64,000 nucleotides of DNA from Minisyncoccota bacterium (GCA_041659365.1 JBAZYH010000001.1:37590-101589), one strand, 5' to 3'. Shown: positions 49,296 to 58,852, counted from the stretch's first letter. Translations and numbers: made by a program. The notes: generated by a model not told the origin, from the letters alone.

Positions 49296-49649
49296 CTACT
49301 TCCCAATCTTCCCCAACAACAAACTAAACAATTCATAAAAGTTAGATTGTACCTCAGCCTGATCCGTAGCTTTAGTAAACTTCTCCCAACAAGCAAAAGC
49401 ATCTTTGTCTTTTAGAGCTCGTATAGAGTTTTCTAGTTGTAATCTATCTTCAAATGAGACTTCTTTATTACCTCGGAGTACTTTATCTACAAACAACCTA
49501 GTAAATGATAATACATCACTATTAATTCGTTGTTTTTGTTCTATTGTATCTATTTCTTTTATAACGACAAAGTACTTCACAGTGAAGAAGACGTTGCTTA
49601 TTACAAGTGATGCAAACAATATAATTATCAAAACTTTTAATCTATTCAT
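49296..49649 (-). CDS. hypothetical protein with N-terminal TM helix
   Basis: 117 aa; no family recognised. Confidence 0.4.
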   Translation of the reverse strand: MNRLKVLIIILFASLVISNVFFTVKYFVVIKEIDTIEQKQRINSDVLSFTRLFVDKVLRGNKEVSFEDRLQLENSIRALKDKDAFACWEKFTKATDQAEVQSNFYELFSLLLGKIGK

Positions 49650-49663
49650 ACTAATATATCTTA

Positions 49664-52600
49664 TTAATAATTAATCTTTCTACCACGACGAATGATAAAA
49701 ATTGTTACAAAGTATATTAAAGCAATAGAGACTATTAAGGTAAAAATATTCTGTACCTTAAACACCTTCCCCCACCCAAACTCCCCCTTCATCTCCACAT
49801 TCATAAATACACCTTTACTCTCCTCCACTTTGAATGATTCACTCTGGTAATCAGAGTATCCAAGGGCAGTAACTGTAAGGTAATAATCTCCAGGAGGAAC
49901 AAGGAATGAGTATCTTCCTGTCACATCGGTTGTTTGTGGATTCTTTTGTTTGAAATTATCTCCTGGCCAGAGTTCGTAGGTAGAAGTCTCTGGATTCTTC
50001 CAGTAGATAGAAGATACAGCATTAGCAATACGTATTTCTTTGTCACCACCAATCTTCTCATATATATATCCTTCAGGATCAACAAGTACAATCATACTTA
50101 GTTCTCTTTGTTCTTTCGTTTTATCTTCATAACTAATTATGGTCTTTAGTTCATATTGTCCAAGAGTATATGGAGAAGACACATCTGCAGTCCAGATACC
50201 ATTACCACTATCCTTGTAATCAAACTTAGCTACAACAAGTTCTCTTTCCTCTACAGCATCTAGTACTGAAGCATTTTGTTTTACATAACTTTCTTGAAAC
50301 ATTAGATATCCATCGATTCTTTTAGCTTTTGATTCTGGTTTGACTGCAAACTTGAGTAACTGTCCTTGTATAGTGTTTAATTTTTGTGTAGTAAATCCCT
50401 CATTTGATACAGATAGTTTTACATTTAAATCTATAGATTCATCGAATGTTCTTACAAAGATTAAGTTTGTAGGAACTTTATTACTTTGTGTTTGTGTGAA
50501 GTTTGAAATAGAAATATTGTTTGATAGACCAAAGTATTCTGCAAGACCTGGTAATAAAACTCCACCCATAGATAGGTCATTATTTAATGATGTTATAGTT
50601 GGGAACTTATTTATTATGTTCTTGAAAGCTACTGGTAAGTTGATGAGGTTCACCATTTCTGATGGAACTATTTCTCCTATATTATTATTTAAATTAGTTT
50701 GATCTTCTTCTGTAACAGATACTGGTGGAAGAGTAACTTCTGGTACTGGTATTATTGAAGTAATAATATCAATAATCTTTTCTATTGTAGGTGTGGTACT
50801 TAGGGTAACTGAGGTAGAAACAACTGATGAAGCTACGTTTGAAGCATCAAGTGATCTTGCATATACAGTATAGTCCCCATCAGGACAGGTTGTATCTGCT
50901 CCACAGAGATTGTATTCATATGTGGTTTGTACTGGAATGATTATCGCTTTATTGAAATCTGGATTATTAGATATTATTATCAGCTTGGTATCTGTATTGG
51001 GTGTGATATTAAGTGTGACTATTCTATCATCAGTCCTATTTGATGTTCGTATATCAAATAGGTTATCTGGTGTAGTTTGTGATGTTGTTGTAATAGGTTC
51101 TGATGTAGTTGTTCCACCGCTACTACCTCTTACTCTATATGTTATGTGAGTTGTACTACTTGTAGAGTCAGAATTATTGTAAGAATCATTACATGCAATG
51201 TATATGTCTTTAGTACCTGAAGTAAATGATGGTAGTGTACATGAGATTAATAAACTATTTGATGTACATGAGATGTCTGCTGACATATCATCATATGATT
51301 TGTTTGTAATGGCTAGTCTACAATCTCCATTTTCACTTATAGTGAAAGTTACAAGTTGACTTGCACGTGAGATATAGGAGTCGTCTGCAGGGGAAACACT
51401 TGATACTGTCGGTGCACTAGCATCCCATGTAAGTATATATTCATCATATGTAGAATTTCCTGCATTATCTGTGACTGTAAGTCTAATTGTATAAGTACCA
51501 TCTGTAGTTGCAGATATTGTTGTTGATGAAGCTGTAGTTGTACCGAATGTTATACCTATACCAGACCAAAGATATGAAGCTATACCTGAAGTAGTATCGC
51601 TTGATGTAGAAGTCTGAGTGAAGGTGGATGATCGAGTTTGATCTAATCCAACAGTAGTCGTTGGAACTGTGATATCAAGTATAAATGACCCCATAGAAGT
51701 AAAACTAGACGCAAGCGATCCATCATTATTTTGTGCACACCAATAATATGTACCATCCAAACCGATAGTAGATGATGGGGTGTAGGTAGTTGTGGCAGAA
51801 TCAGAAACAGTTTCTGTAGATGTACCAGAATTTACAATGTTTAAATTATTTAAACAATCATTTGCTGTAGTAGAAGATATACGATAGTTGGTAGTACCAG
51901 TATCTCCAGTATTTGGATCTGAATAATAAGCTGAGAGTGTCGGAGTGTTGTCGTTTGTATAAGAAGCGTTTGACGGAGATACTAATGTTGGTATGTTTGG
52001 AGCAGAGTTGAATGTCCAATTTGTATTATTACCACTATCTACAGAGTTCATTGGAGCTATTGCTTTCCCACTTGCAGTAGAATCTTTTATATTTAAATAG
52101 TTTGCTATGACAGTAGCTGGATTACTTACATTAATATTCCACTTGGTGCCAGAGATACTTGATATCAAACTAAGTAAATTATTTGCTATACCACTGAGTG
52201 TAAGAGAATTAGATATATTTGTAGTAGAGTTTGCCGCAAACGTAAGAGTACTGCTACTTGTAACTGATTTTACAAAATTATAGAAAGTATTTGAACCTGT
52301 TATGGATTGATTTTCTCCATTGAAAGTTATTGTAGAGCTACCTGTGTTGAAAGTGCCGGAGTTGGTGAGGTTTCCACTGAGGTTTATGTTGTGGTTGTTG
52401 GTTGTAAAAATAGAATTCGCACTGATTGTAAAATCACCCAAGAATGTTACTGGATTTTGTAGACTAATTGTTGAAATACTTAAATCAACTTCATTTCCAG
52501 AACCCAAATTATAAATATCATCTATTTCACTTTGCGTTAAGGCAACATTATAAATCCTAATATCATCCAAGCTTCTTTCCTGATTGTTTACTGAAGGTAG

Positions 52601-55600
52601 AGAACCTAATAAAAATGACAAACCCGTTGTATCTACTGAAGCAGAAGATGTCAAAGGTGATGTTGCCAAAACTCCATTAATATATGTTTTCCAAGAGCTA
52701 CCATCTCTCATAAATGTTAGATGCGTCCATTCTCCACCACTTATGGGCATAGAATATTGTCCTTCTCCAGCTGGAGTATTAAACGCAATTCTACCACTAT
52801 TACTCCAATATGAATAAATAACATAATTACTGAATCCAAACAAACCAGCATGAGAAGAACTATTTGACATTCTCGCCCAGAAAGATATTGTCCAATTATT
52901 AGTTCCACTAAAAGTATCTTTAATAACAGAGGCATCTATATTATTTTCTCCTGAAAATGCCAAGGCAGTATTTATTTTTCCTGAGGTTGTTAATATACTT
53001 GTATCTTGAGAAGCCGTCACATCAAAATTATTTGAGGTATTATCATCCACTGTTGTTCCACTCGTATCATTCATCCTATAATGAGCAACAAGTCCATTTG
53101 CGACTGAAGAAAAAATTGATACATCATTCAAATTAGAAACCCCCACATCCAAAGACGTAGTCGCCCCGTTAAGAGTCAACGTTCCACCATTTGCATTAAA
53201 ATTATCAGAGTTTGTAAAATTACCAGAGACAGTAAGATTACCAGAAGTAGAGTTAAATGTTCCAGAATTGATTAATAAATCTCCAGTTAAAGTAATACTG
53301 TTCGTTCCTCCATTAAATACTCCATTGTCTTGAGTAAAATCACCTGAAATAGAAAGTGTACCAGAGGTTGAATTAAATATTCCATCTGATATAGATAAGT
53401 TACCACTTAGAGTTATGGCTCCTGTTCCTCCATTGAAAGTTCCATTGCTTTGAGTGAAACCACTCGTACTAAGTGTATTTGATATTGTAAGAGTTCCTAC
53501 ATTTAGTATTACCCCACCAGTAAAGGTATTAGCTCCTGTAAGAGATAATTCTCCTGTACCAGCTTTTGTCATAGAGTATGCACCAGAGACTATTCCTCCG
53601 ACAGTAAGTTTAGCGGTGTTGTTTGTGGTAATGATACGATTTGCTGGTAAGGTAATATTTGCAGTACCCAGATTCAAATCATTAGTTCCACCAAAAGTAA
53701 TATCACCACTCCATGTCTGCGCATTATTTCCAGACAGTGTCACAGCACTAACTGAAGTATTATCTATTGTTCCACCTACTATAATAAGTGAACCTGCACC
53801 AATAGCACCAGCACTATTTATATTTAATGTACCAGCATTTAGAGTTGTAGATGTTATTGTGTTTGAGTTTATTAAAGTCAGTATTCCATCATTTTGAGTA
53901 ATGGAAGTTGCTGTAATAGTATATGATGATGTTTGAGTTATTGTGCCTGTATAACCTGTAGCAATAGTAAGAGTACCAGTAGTAACATTTGTATCTATAT
54001 CACAATTTGTTGTGTCGGCACTATCAAAAGTTACTGGTTGTCCTGCCTCAGGAACTCCAGCTCCACCTGCACCTCCAGAAGTTAATGACCAATTGTTTGT
54101 ATCATTCCAACTAGATGTTGAACCTACCCAATATTTAGATACTGAAGGAGTTGAAGGAATAGCCACTTCTCCTGCTATCCATGTTGGTCCACTTATTAAT
54201 GTTCCATTATTTGCACTATCTGAGAAATCAGAAACTGCTGTTCCTGTACCTTCATCAAAATGATAACCAGCAACTAAACCACTATTAAACGGAGCTACTG
54301 TTTTGTCTCCATAAACTCCAGTACCACTATTATATAGACCGAGTATTTCTGGAGCTGATAAAGTACGGTTCCAGATATTTATTTCGTCCAAACCACCATT
54401 CAAAAACCAAGATGAATCAGCACCCATGCCGAAATATTTAATATTGACGATATTTGTGATTGGTTTAGAGTCTTGGTATTGCGCACCGTCAATATAAAGT
54501 GTTGCGGTTCGTCCAACTCCTTCTGTATATGACTCTGTTAGAGTGACTAAATGCCAACCAGTCCAAGTAAGACCATCCATACCCATCCAATTAATTTGGA
54601 CGCCATCAGTATTTGAGCCAAAATAAAGATTATTATCAGAATACCAAAGACCAAAGTATGCCACATTTACACCTGTACCTCCAATCAAAGCATTGGATGC
54701 TGTAAAATCCTTTACCCATAGTGAATATGTCATATCAACACCACTGTCTGCTATTGGAGTTGTCAAATCGACATAACTACTTCCACCAAAACTCAAAGCA
54801 TAACTACCTTCAGTTGGATCAACTACGTAATCCACCTCCACCTCTCCGATAATCTTTAGATCAAAAACATCTGTCGGACTACCAAGCTCAGGTATAAGCT
54901 TTTTATAAAGTCCTTCATGATCAATATTAAATGTAGCGACAAGTTGATTAGTATCTGTAGTATAAGCTTCTATAGTTACAGGAGTAGAACTTGCAGGTTT
55001 GGCATAGATAGTAATATCATTTGCATTAGTAAGTATTTTTTCAAAGGTAACTCTGACATATTGTCCATCTGATAAAGGAGCGTAGTTACCATCTTGTGTT
55101 TTTACAGTGTCATAAATATCAGCAAGTATTTCTTTGTTTGCATCAAGTTGAAAAGCTTTTGAAATAAATATGATTTCAAAAGTCTGGACTGATAAGTGAG
55201 GTACTGTCCATTCTACATAGTCTAGCTTTCCATTGTTGTCGAGGTCATATGCTTTGAAGGTGACATTCTGATCTCCGTTGTTTGACCACTTTATTTTTAT
55301 TTTATCTTCTTGTCCTACTTTATATATTTCAGGAATGTTTGTAAAAGCCAGAACGTTTGTTATTGGTATTTCTCCTTCTACAGAAGAAACAGTAACTACC
55401 TTACCTGTGTCTGTTGTAGCTTCGGCTATTGTAGGGGCTGGAGTTTCATATTCAACAGTAACCAAGTCGGTTGATGTTGCAGTTGTAGAAGTAGAAGTTG
55501 TACTTGTTATAAATGTTGGAATTGATGTAGATGCTAATTCATCTAAAACTTTTATATCTTCATTTGACGAACCTCCACCACCTCCACCTGTTGTGATTTC

Positions 55601-56443
55601 TTCTTCTGCTTGTCCATTTTCTAGAGTGGATGTAGCTATATCTTCTGCTTGCCCGTTTTCTAGGGTTGTTGTAGAAACATCTGTCTCATCGGTAGTAGTT
55701 GCTACTTCGTCTGTGGTAGTACCTACGTCTGTAATTATTATCTCTTCTGTGGTAGTTGATACCAATTCTGTTGATGTGGAAACTTCTTCAATAGTAGATA
55801 CTACTTCGTCTGTTGTACTTGCTAATTCATCTACAACATCTTCAATAACTACATCATTTACAACATTTGTACTTTCTTCATTTATAACTTCTTCAATTAC
55901 AACAGGTGTTTCTTCTTCTGGTATGTCAACTACAGCAGAAACATCTACAGTAACCATTTCTGGTTCTGTAGAAGCTTCATCTACAGTAGCAAAAGAAGAA
56001 CCTACTTTTGAGAAGGCTCGACTTATTGAAGCAAAGAAACCTTTTGTATTTTGTTTCTTTACTAATTCAGCTAGAGCAAGTGATGCTTCTGATTTACTTC
56101 TTTCGTTTGATAATTTAGATAGTTTAATTCTGTCTTCGTTTGTGAGTTTAGAAGATGTTTGTATTTTGTTATTACTTACTGTAGATGTAGATATTTTTAT
56201 ATCATTAGCAATACTAGGAATCTCTACTAGATGTTGTAACCTATTTATATCGGAAACACTTACTGTTTTTATCCATCTAATTGGCTCACCTCCAAGTGAT
56301 GGGAGTTGCTTTATACTAAAGTTACTTACAATGGATTTGTTGCCTGTACTTGGAGCAAAGTAAAACAAAGCAAAAGCTATAATGAATGATCCGAGAATAG
56401 GAGAGATTGTTTTTATGCTTTTAAAAATGTTTTGTTTGTTCAT
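49664..56443 (-). CDS. giant cell-surface protein (2259 aa): N-terminal signal-anchor, Thr/Ser-rich low-complexity, two LamG/concanavalin-like lectin domains, beta-helix-like repeats, carboxypeptidase-regulatory-like beta-sandwich, C-terminal TM helix plus RRGRK tail
   Basis: LamG-like motifs LDEINIWNRTLSAPEI and SLDDIRIYNVALTQSEIDDIYN; repetitive TLT/GN segments (NTAKLTVGGIVSG...GTGELSLTGANTFTGGVILNVGTLTISN); CarbopepD_reg-like TGRYSFLVPPGDYYLTVTALGYSDYQSESFKV; C-terminus FTLIVSIALIYFVTIFIIRRGRKINY. Confidence 0.8.
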   Translation of the reverse strand: MNKQNIFKSIKTISPILGSFIIAFALFYFAPSTGNKSIVSNFSIKQLPSLGGEPIRWIKTVSVSDINRLQHLVEIPSIANDIKISTSTVSNNKIQTSSKLTNEDRIKLSKLSNERSKSEASLALAELVKKQNTKGFFASISRAFSKVGSSFATVDEASTEPEMVTVDVSAVVDIPEEETPVVIEEVINEESTNVVNDVVIEDVVDELASTTDEVVSTIEEVSTSTELVSTTTEEIIITDVGTTTDEVATTTDETDVSTTTLENGQAEDIATSTLENGQAEEEITTGGGGGGSSNEDIKVLDELASTSIPTFITSTTSTSTTATSTDLVTVEYETPAPTIAEATTDTGKVVTVSSVEGEIPITNVLAFTNIPEIYKVGQEDKIKIKWSNNGDQNVTFKAYDLDNNGKLDYVEWTVPHLSVQTFEIIFISKAFQLDANKEILADIYDTVKTQDGNYAPLSDGQYVRVTFEKILTNANDITIYAKPASSTPVTIEAYTTDTNQLVATFNIDHEGLYKKLIPELGSPTDVFDLKIIGEVEVDYVVDPTEGSYALSFGGSSYVDLTTPIADSGVDMTYSLWVKDFTASNALIGGTGVNVAYFGLWYSDNNLYFGSNTDGVQINWMGMDGLTWTGWHLVTLTESYTEGVGRTATLYIDGAQYQDSKPITNIVNIKYFGMGADSSWFLNGGLDEINIWNRTLSAPEILGLYNSGTGVYGDKTVAPFNSGLVAGYHFDEGTGTAVSDFSDSANNGTLISGPTWIAGEVAIPSTPSVSKYWVGSTSSWNDTNNWSLTSGGAGGAGVPEAGQPVTFDSADTTNCDIDTNVTTGTLTIATGYTGTITQTSSYTITATSITQNDGILTLINSNTITSTTLNAGTLNINSAGAIGAGSLIIVGGTIDNTSVSAVTLSGNNAQTWSGDITFGGTNDLNLGTANITLPANRIITTNNTAKLTVGGIVSGAYSMTKAGTGELSLTGANTFTGGVILNVGTLTISNTLSTSGFTQSNGTFNGGTGAITLSGNLSISDGIFNSTSGTLSISGDFTQDNGVFNGGTNSITLTGDLLINSGTFNSTSGNLTVSGNFTNSDNFNANGGTLTLNGATTSLDVGVSNLNDVSIFSSVANGLVAHYRMNDTSGTTVDDNTSNNFDVTASQDTSILTTSGKINTALAFSGENNIDASVIKDTFSGTNNWTISFWARMSNSSSHAGLFGFSNYVIYSYWSNSGRIAFNTPAGEGQYSMPISGGEWTHLTFMRDGSSWKTYINGVLATSPLTSSASVDTTGLSFLLGSLPSVNNQERSLDDIRIYNVALTQSEIDDIYNLGSGNEVDLSISTISLQNPVTFLGDFTISANSIFTTNNHNINLSGNLTNSGTFNTGSSTITFNGENQSITGSNTFYNFVKSVTSSSTLTFAANSTTNISNSLTLSGIANNLLSLISSISGTKWNINVSNPATVIANYLNIKDSTASGKAIAPMNSVDSGNNTNWTFNSAPNIPTLVSPSNASYTNDNTPTLSAYYSDPNTGDTGTTNYRISSTTANDCLNNLNIVNSGTSTETVSDSATTTYTPSSTIGLDGTYYWCAQNNDGSLASSFTSMGSFILDITVPTTTVGLDQTRSSTFTQTSTSSDTTSGIASYLWSGIGITFGTTTASSTTISATTDGTYTIRLTVTDNAGNSTYDEYILTWDASAPTVSSVSPADDSYISRASQLVTFTISENGDCRLAITNKSYDDMSADISCTSNSLLISCTLPSFTSGTKDIYIACNDSYNNSDSTSSTTHITYRVRGSSGGTTTSEPITTTSQTTPDNLFDIRTSNRTDDRIVTLNITPNTDTKLIIISNNPDFNKAIIIPVQTTYEYNLCGADTTCPDGDYTVYARSLDASNVASSVVSTSVTLSTTPTIEKIIDIITSIIPVPEVTLPPVSVTEEDQTNLNNNIGEIVPSEMVNLINLPVAFKNIINKFPTITSLNNDLSMGGVLLPGLAEYFGLSNNISISNFTQTQSNKVPTNLIFVRTFDESIDLNVKLSVSNEGFTTQKLNTIQGQLLKFAVKPESKAKRIDGYLMFQESYVKQNASVLDAVEERELVVAKFDYKDSGNGIWTADVSSPYTLGQYELKTIISYEDKTKEQRELSMIVLVDPEGYIYEKIGGDKEIRIANAVSSIYWKNPETSTYELWPGDNFKQKNPQTTDVTGRYSFLVPPGDYYLTVTALGYSDYQSESFKVEESKGVFMNVEMKGEFGWGKVFKVQNIFTLIVSIALIYFVTIFIIRRGRKINY

Positions 56444-56531
56444 GCAAAAATAATATAAAAGAAGATCTCTTTTTATGGAGTAATTTTATCATGATAGTGA
56501 AGGTAAATAAAGGAGAAATGGGTGTGGATAA

Positions 56532-56996
56532 TTATTTGTTTAACCAAGTGATTGTAAGTTGCAAAATAGTTGCGAAAGAGACCCAAAGTAAATAAGGAAT
56601 ATTAATATAAGCAACCCAGGTAACATATGGAAAAATAATAATAATAGACCAGATAAGTGTTCCGAGAATTAATAATATATCCATCGCAGCCAATAGGTTA
56701 TTTTGTAAACTAAACTGAAAGTATGTAAAAGAAAAATTAAAAACTAAGTTTAATATAAAAGGTAATAAAACAATAAAAGGAATTTTGTTTGTAAAATATA
56801 AATAAATAACATATCCAAAAGAAATAGCAATAAGTATATAAAGAAAAGTCCAAACTGGACCAAATATCCAAGAAGGTGGAGCAAAAAATGGTCTGATTAA
56901 TGTGGAATACCAATTATATTGAGTCATAAAAAAATAAATTATTTTAATAAATATACGTAGCCCATCCTCACTTTTTATATTAATATTATATAACAA
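56532..56996 (-). CDS. TspO/MBR family tryptophan-rich sensory protein
   Basis: WYSTLIRPFFAPPSWIFGPVWTFLYILIAISFGY plus 5 TM helices. The probable start is the internal Met (MTQYNWY) near 56927. Confidence 0.7.
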   Translation of the reverse strand: MLYNINIKSEDGLRIFIKIIYFFMTQYNWYSTLIRPFFAPPSWIFGPVWTFLYILIAISFGYVIYLYFTNKIPFIVLLPFILNLVFNFSFTYFQFSLQNNLLAAMDILLILGTLIWSIIIIFPYVTWVAYINIPYLLWVSFATILQLTITWLNK

Positions 56997-57034
56997 ATAT
57001 CAAACCCCCGCACTCATAATGCAGGGGTTATCAT

Positions 57035-57298
57035 TTATCTGGTATAGTAGCTTTTTGTGGGATTAGTAATACCGATAAAAAAAAGACCGAAAATACCAAA
57101 AGAAAAACATGTAAGGATATGCGGCTTATGTAATTGGGATATCTTGAATCTGATTCCCTTTTGAGTAAAAATCGATGTAATCAAAAAAGTAAAAATACCA
57201 GATAAAAAATAAATCCATAAAAAATCAATTCCTATCACCAACCAAAGTATCATCATTAAAGTAAATAATACAAGGGCAACACTTTTTTTCATATTCAT
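57035..57298 (-). CDS. small 2-3 TM membrane protein
   Basis: 87 aa, hydrophobic. Confidence 0.35.
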   Translation of the reverse strand: MNMKKSVALVLFTLMMILWLVIGIDFLWIYFLSGIFTFLITSIFTQKGIRFKISQLHKPHILTCFSFGIFGLFFIGITNPTKSYYTR

Positions 57299-57418
57299 AC
57301 GAATCCTCCTTTTTTGTTTAAAAACAACAAGTTCATTAATAGGTATAATTTATTGTTGTTTACTTGTCAATTTAAATCCTATTTTTTCTAATTAGTTTAC
57401 TATAGGTAATTCATTAAT

Positions 57419-57452
57419 TTCACACATATACGCCATGGCGTATATGTATGTT
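57419..57452. repeat. 34-bp palindrome (copy 2, one mismatch) overlapping the stop codon of the Cas2-like ORF
   Basis: ttcacacatatacgccatggcgtatatgtatgtt. Confidence 0.6.
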
Positions 57453-57840
57453 AATTAAAAATATTATTTTTTTCTGAATATTCTTTTGCTAATCTAAAAG
57501 TTTTTAAATTATCTTTCAATCCTATAGATTTAATATAATCAACAAAACTTTTTGGTAACGGAGAAGGTCCAACCCAAACACTCCTCTGAATCATTACATA
57601 ACCAAACTTTTTTAAATGTCTACGAAGCCAATCTCGTTCAGTCTTTTGATCGTGTGAGATATCATACATAACAATTAATTTTTTAGGTGATTCTTTTTTG
57701 AAATTTGATTGAAACGAAACATTGTATGTATCTCTTACTTTATTTTTTCTATTTTCTTTTTTTCTTTTATCAAAATCAGGACTACTTGTTGGAATACCAA
57801 AAGAATTAACCCACACCCCTTTATAGTTATGTTTACTCAT
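57451..57840 (-). CDS. Cas2-like ferredoxin-fold small protein with a 50-aa basic N-terminal extension; solitary, no other cas genes or array
   Basis: Residues about 54-100 (KKLIVMYDISHDQKTERDWLRRHLKKFGYVMIQRSVWVG) match the Cas2 beta-alpha-beta core (lvvYDis..krRrkvaklLkryG.rvQySVFec). C-terminal LKDNLKTFRL resembles the Cas2 DSVRIYRL strand. Bracketed by identical palindromes. Confidence 0.4.
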   Translation of the reverse strand: MSKHNYKGVWVNSFGIPTSSPDFDKRKKENRKNKVRDTYNVSFQSNFKKESPKKLIVMYDISHDQKTERDWLRRHLKKFGYVMIQRSVWVGPSPLPKSFVDYIKSIGLKDNLKTFRLAKEYSEKNNIFN

Positions 57841-57855
57841 TTTAATATTATATAC

Positions 57856-57893
57856 TTTTTACACATATACGCCATGGCGTATATGTGTAAAAA
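57856..57893. repeat. 34-bp perfect palindrome (copy 3) immediately upstream of the Cas2-like ORF
   Basis: tttttacacatatacgccatggcgtatatgtgtaaaaa. Confidence 0.6.
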
Positions 57894-57954
57894 GTAATAA
57901 ATTATTTTTTTAAATAATACTTTTATATTATTATTGTTGTGTTAGTATAGATAT

Positions 57955-58079
57955 TGAATTTCCGATTTGGGTGTAGGTAGTCCTCTACCGAATAACGAGG
58001 CGTCGGATAAAACGCCTACAAGGGTTTTCGGGCCTAGAGACCCAACTTCTACCAGCTCTGCACATGAGAGCTGGTTTTT
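57955..58079 (+). ncRNA. candidate small structured RNA (GC-rich island ending in intrinsic terminator); family unknown
   Basis: About 115 nt at about 48% GC in a 25% GC spacer, with internal helices (aggcgtcggataaaacgcct; gggcctagagaccc). Ends with cagctctgcacatgagagctgg plus TTTTT (58053-58079). Attempts to fold it as tRNA, tmRNA or SRP RNA failed. Confidence 0.25.
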
Positions 58080-58090
58080 CATTTAGCAAA

Positions 58091-58142
58091 ATGATGTCGC
58101 GCAATTGTCCATTAAAGCGCGACACAAACTAATAGACATCTC
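58091..58142 (-). promoter_or_regulatory. second copy of the conserved leader hairpin element (see 46752-46804)
   Basis: Minus-sense: GTGGAGATGTCTATTAGTTTGTGTCGCGCTTTAATGGACAATTGCGCGAC-ATCATTTTGCTAAATG, followed by a short GC-rich Arg-rich frame without an ATG. Confidence 0.4.
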
Positions 58143-58162
58143 CACATTTTTTATTTTTGTCA

Positions 58163-58852
58163 TTATCTGAAAGATTTTTCATATTTTGAATCTAAATAAA
58201 TCCTATCAATTACTACCTTTAGAAAATTTGCAATAAATGAATTATCAATTCTATAGAAAAACTTCTTTGCACGAGATAAGAATACTGTGCTTTCTTTAAA
58301 GACTATCAAAGTACAATTTCCTGACAACGGCTCGTTTAAAAAACGAGCTGAGCCACTTCTATCCTTTATCGCATTATTCTCATTATTACTAAGTGCCAAC
58401 TTAAAATAATGTAATGCTTTTAAACTACCAATACCTTTTAAAATAATCCCCTTATTTGAAATCTTCTTCTGCCAATTTAAAAAATTAATTCGATCATTAA
58501 ATAAAGACTTTATTTCCTCATCTGTTTCTATTGAATAAATAACCTCACCTTTTTTTAGATTCAATAATTCCTCAAAAAAATTATTGATTTGTGATAAAGA
58601 ATCATTTTGCTTGAACTCACATTTTATATATTTATTATCACATAAAGAATACAAAAAACCATCTTTAATGGTTATTTTTTTTCTATTTAATGTATTCAAT
58701 GAGTTATAAATACTAGTACGAGCAATATTCAACTTTTTACTTATTTCAGATACAGAAAGAAACCTATTTTTTTGAAGTAGATTAAATATCTTTTCTTCAG
58801 TTGGTTTTAATACTAAAAAATCTCTTACTTTCATATATTGAATAGTGTACAT
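58163..58852 (-). CDS. winged-helix transcriptional regulator (TrmB/MarR-like N-terminal HTH) with C-terminal domain
   Basis: N-terminal LKPTEEKIFNLLQKNRFLSVSEISKKLNIARTSIYNSLNTL, typical of wHTH regulators; 229 aa. Confidence 0.5.
   Translation of the reverse strand: MYTIQYMKVRDFLVLKPTEEKIFNLLQKNRFLSVSEISKKLNIARTSIYNSLNTLNRKKITIKDGFLYSLCDNKYIKCEFKQNDSLSQINNFFEELLNLKKGEVIYSIETDEEIKSLFNDRINFLNWQKKISNKGIILKGIGSLKALHYFKLALSNNENNAIKDRSGSARFLNEPLSGNCTLIVFKESTVFLSRAKKFFYRIDNSFIANFLKVVIDRIYLDSKYEKSFR

Noticed and set aside
57419-57893. IS200/IS605- or RAYT-type minimal transposon (small ORF between two identical hairpins)
   Set aside because: The enclosed protein has no HUH/Y1 transposase motifs and looks Cas2-like instead. 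The same palindrome also occurs at an unrelated operon end (14886), consistent with a terminator or recognition-site role.
57955-58085. tRNA, tmRNA or SRP RNA in the GC-rich island
   Set aside because: Manual folding on both strands gave no 7-bp acceptor stem, anticodon arm or T-arm. No tmRNA tag/TTCGA end or SRP GGAA/AGCAG domain IV motif. Kept only as an unclassified ncRNA candidate.
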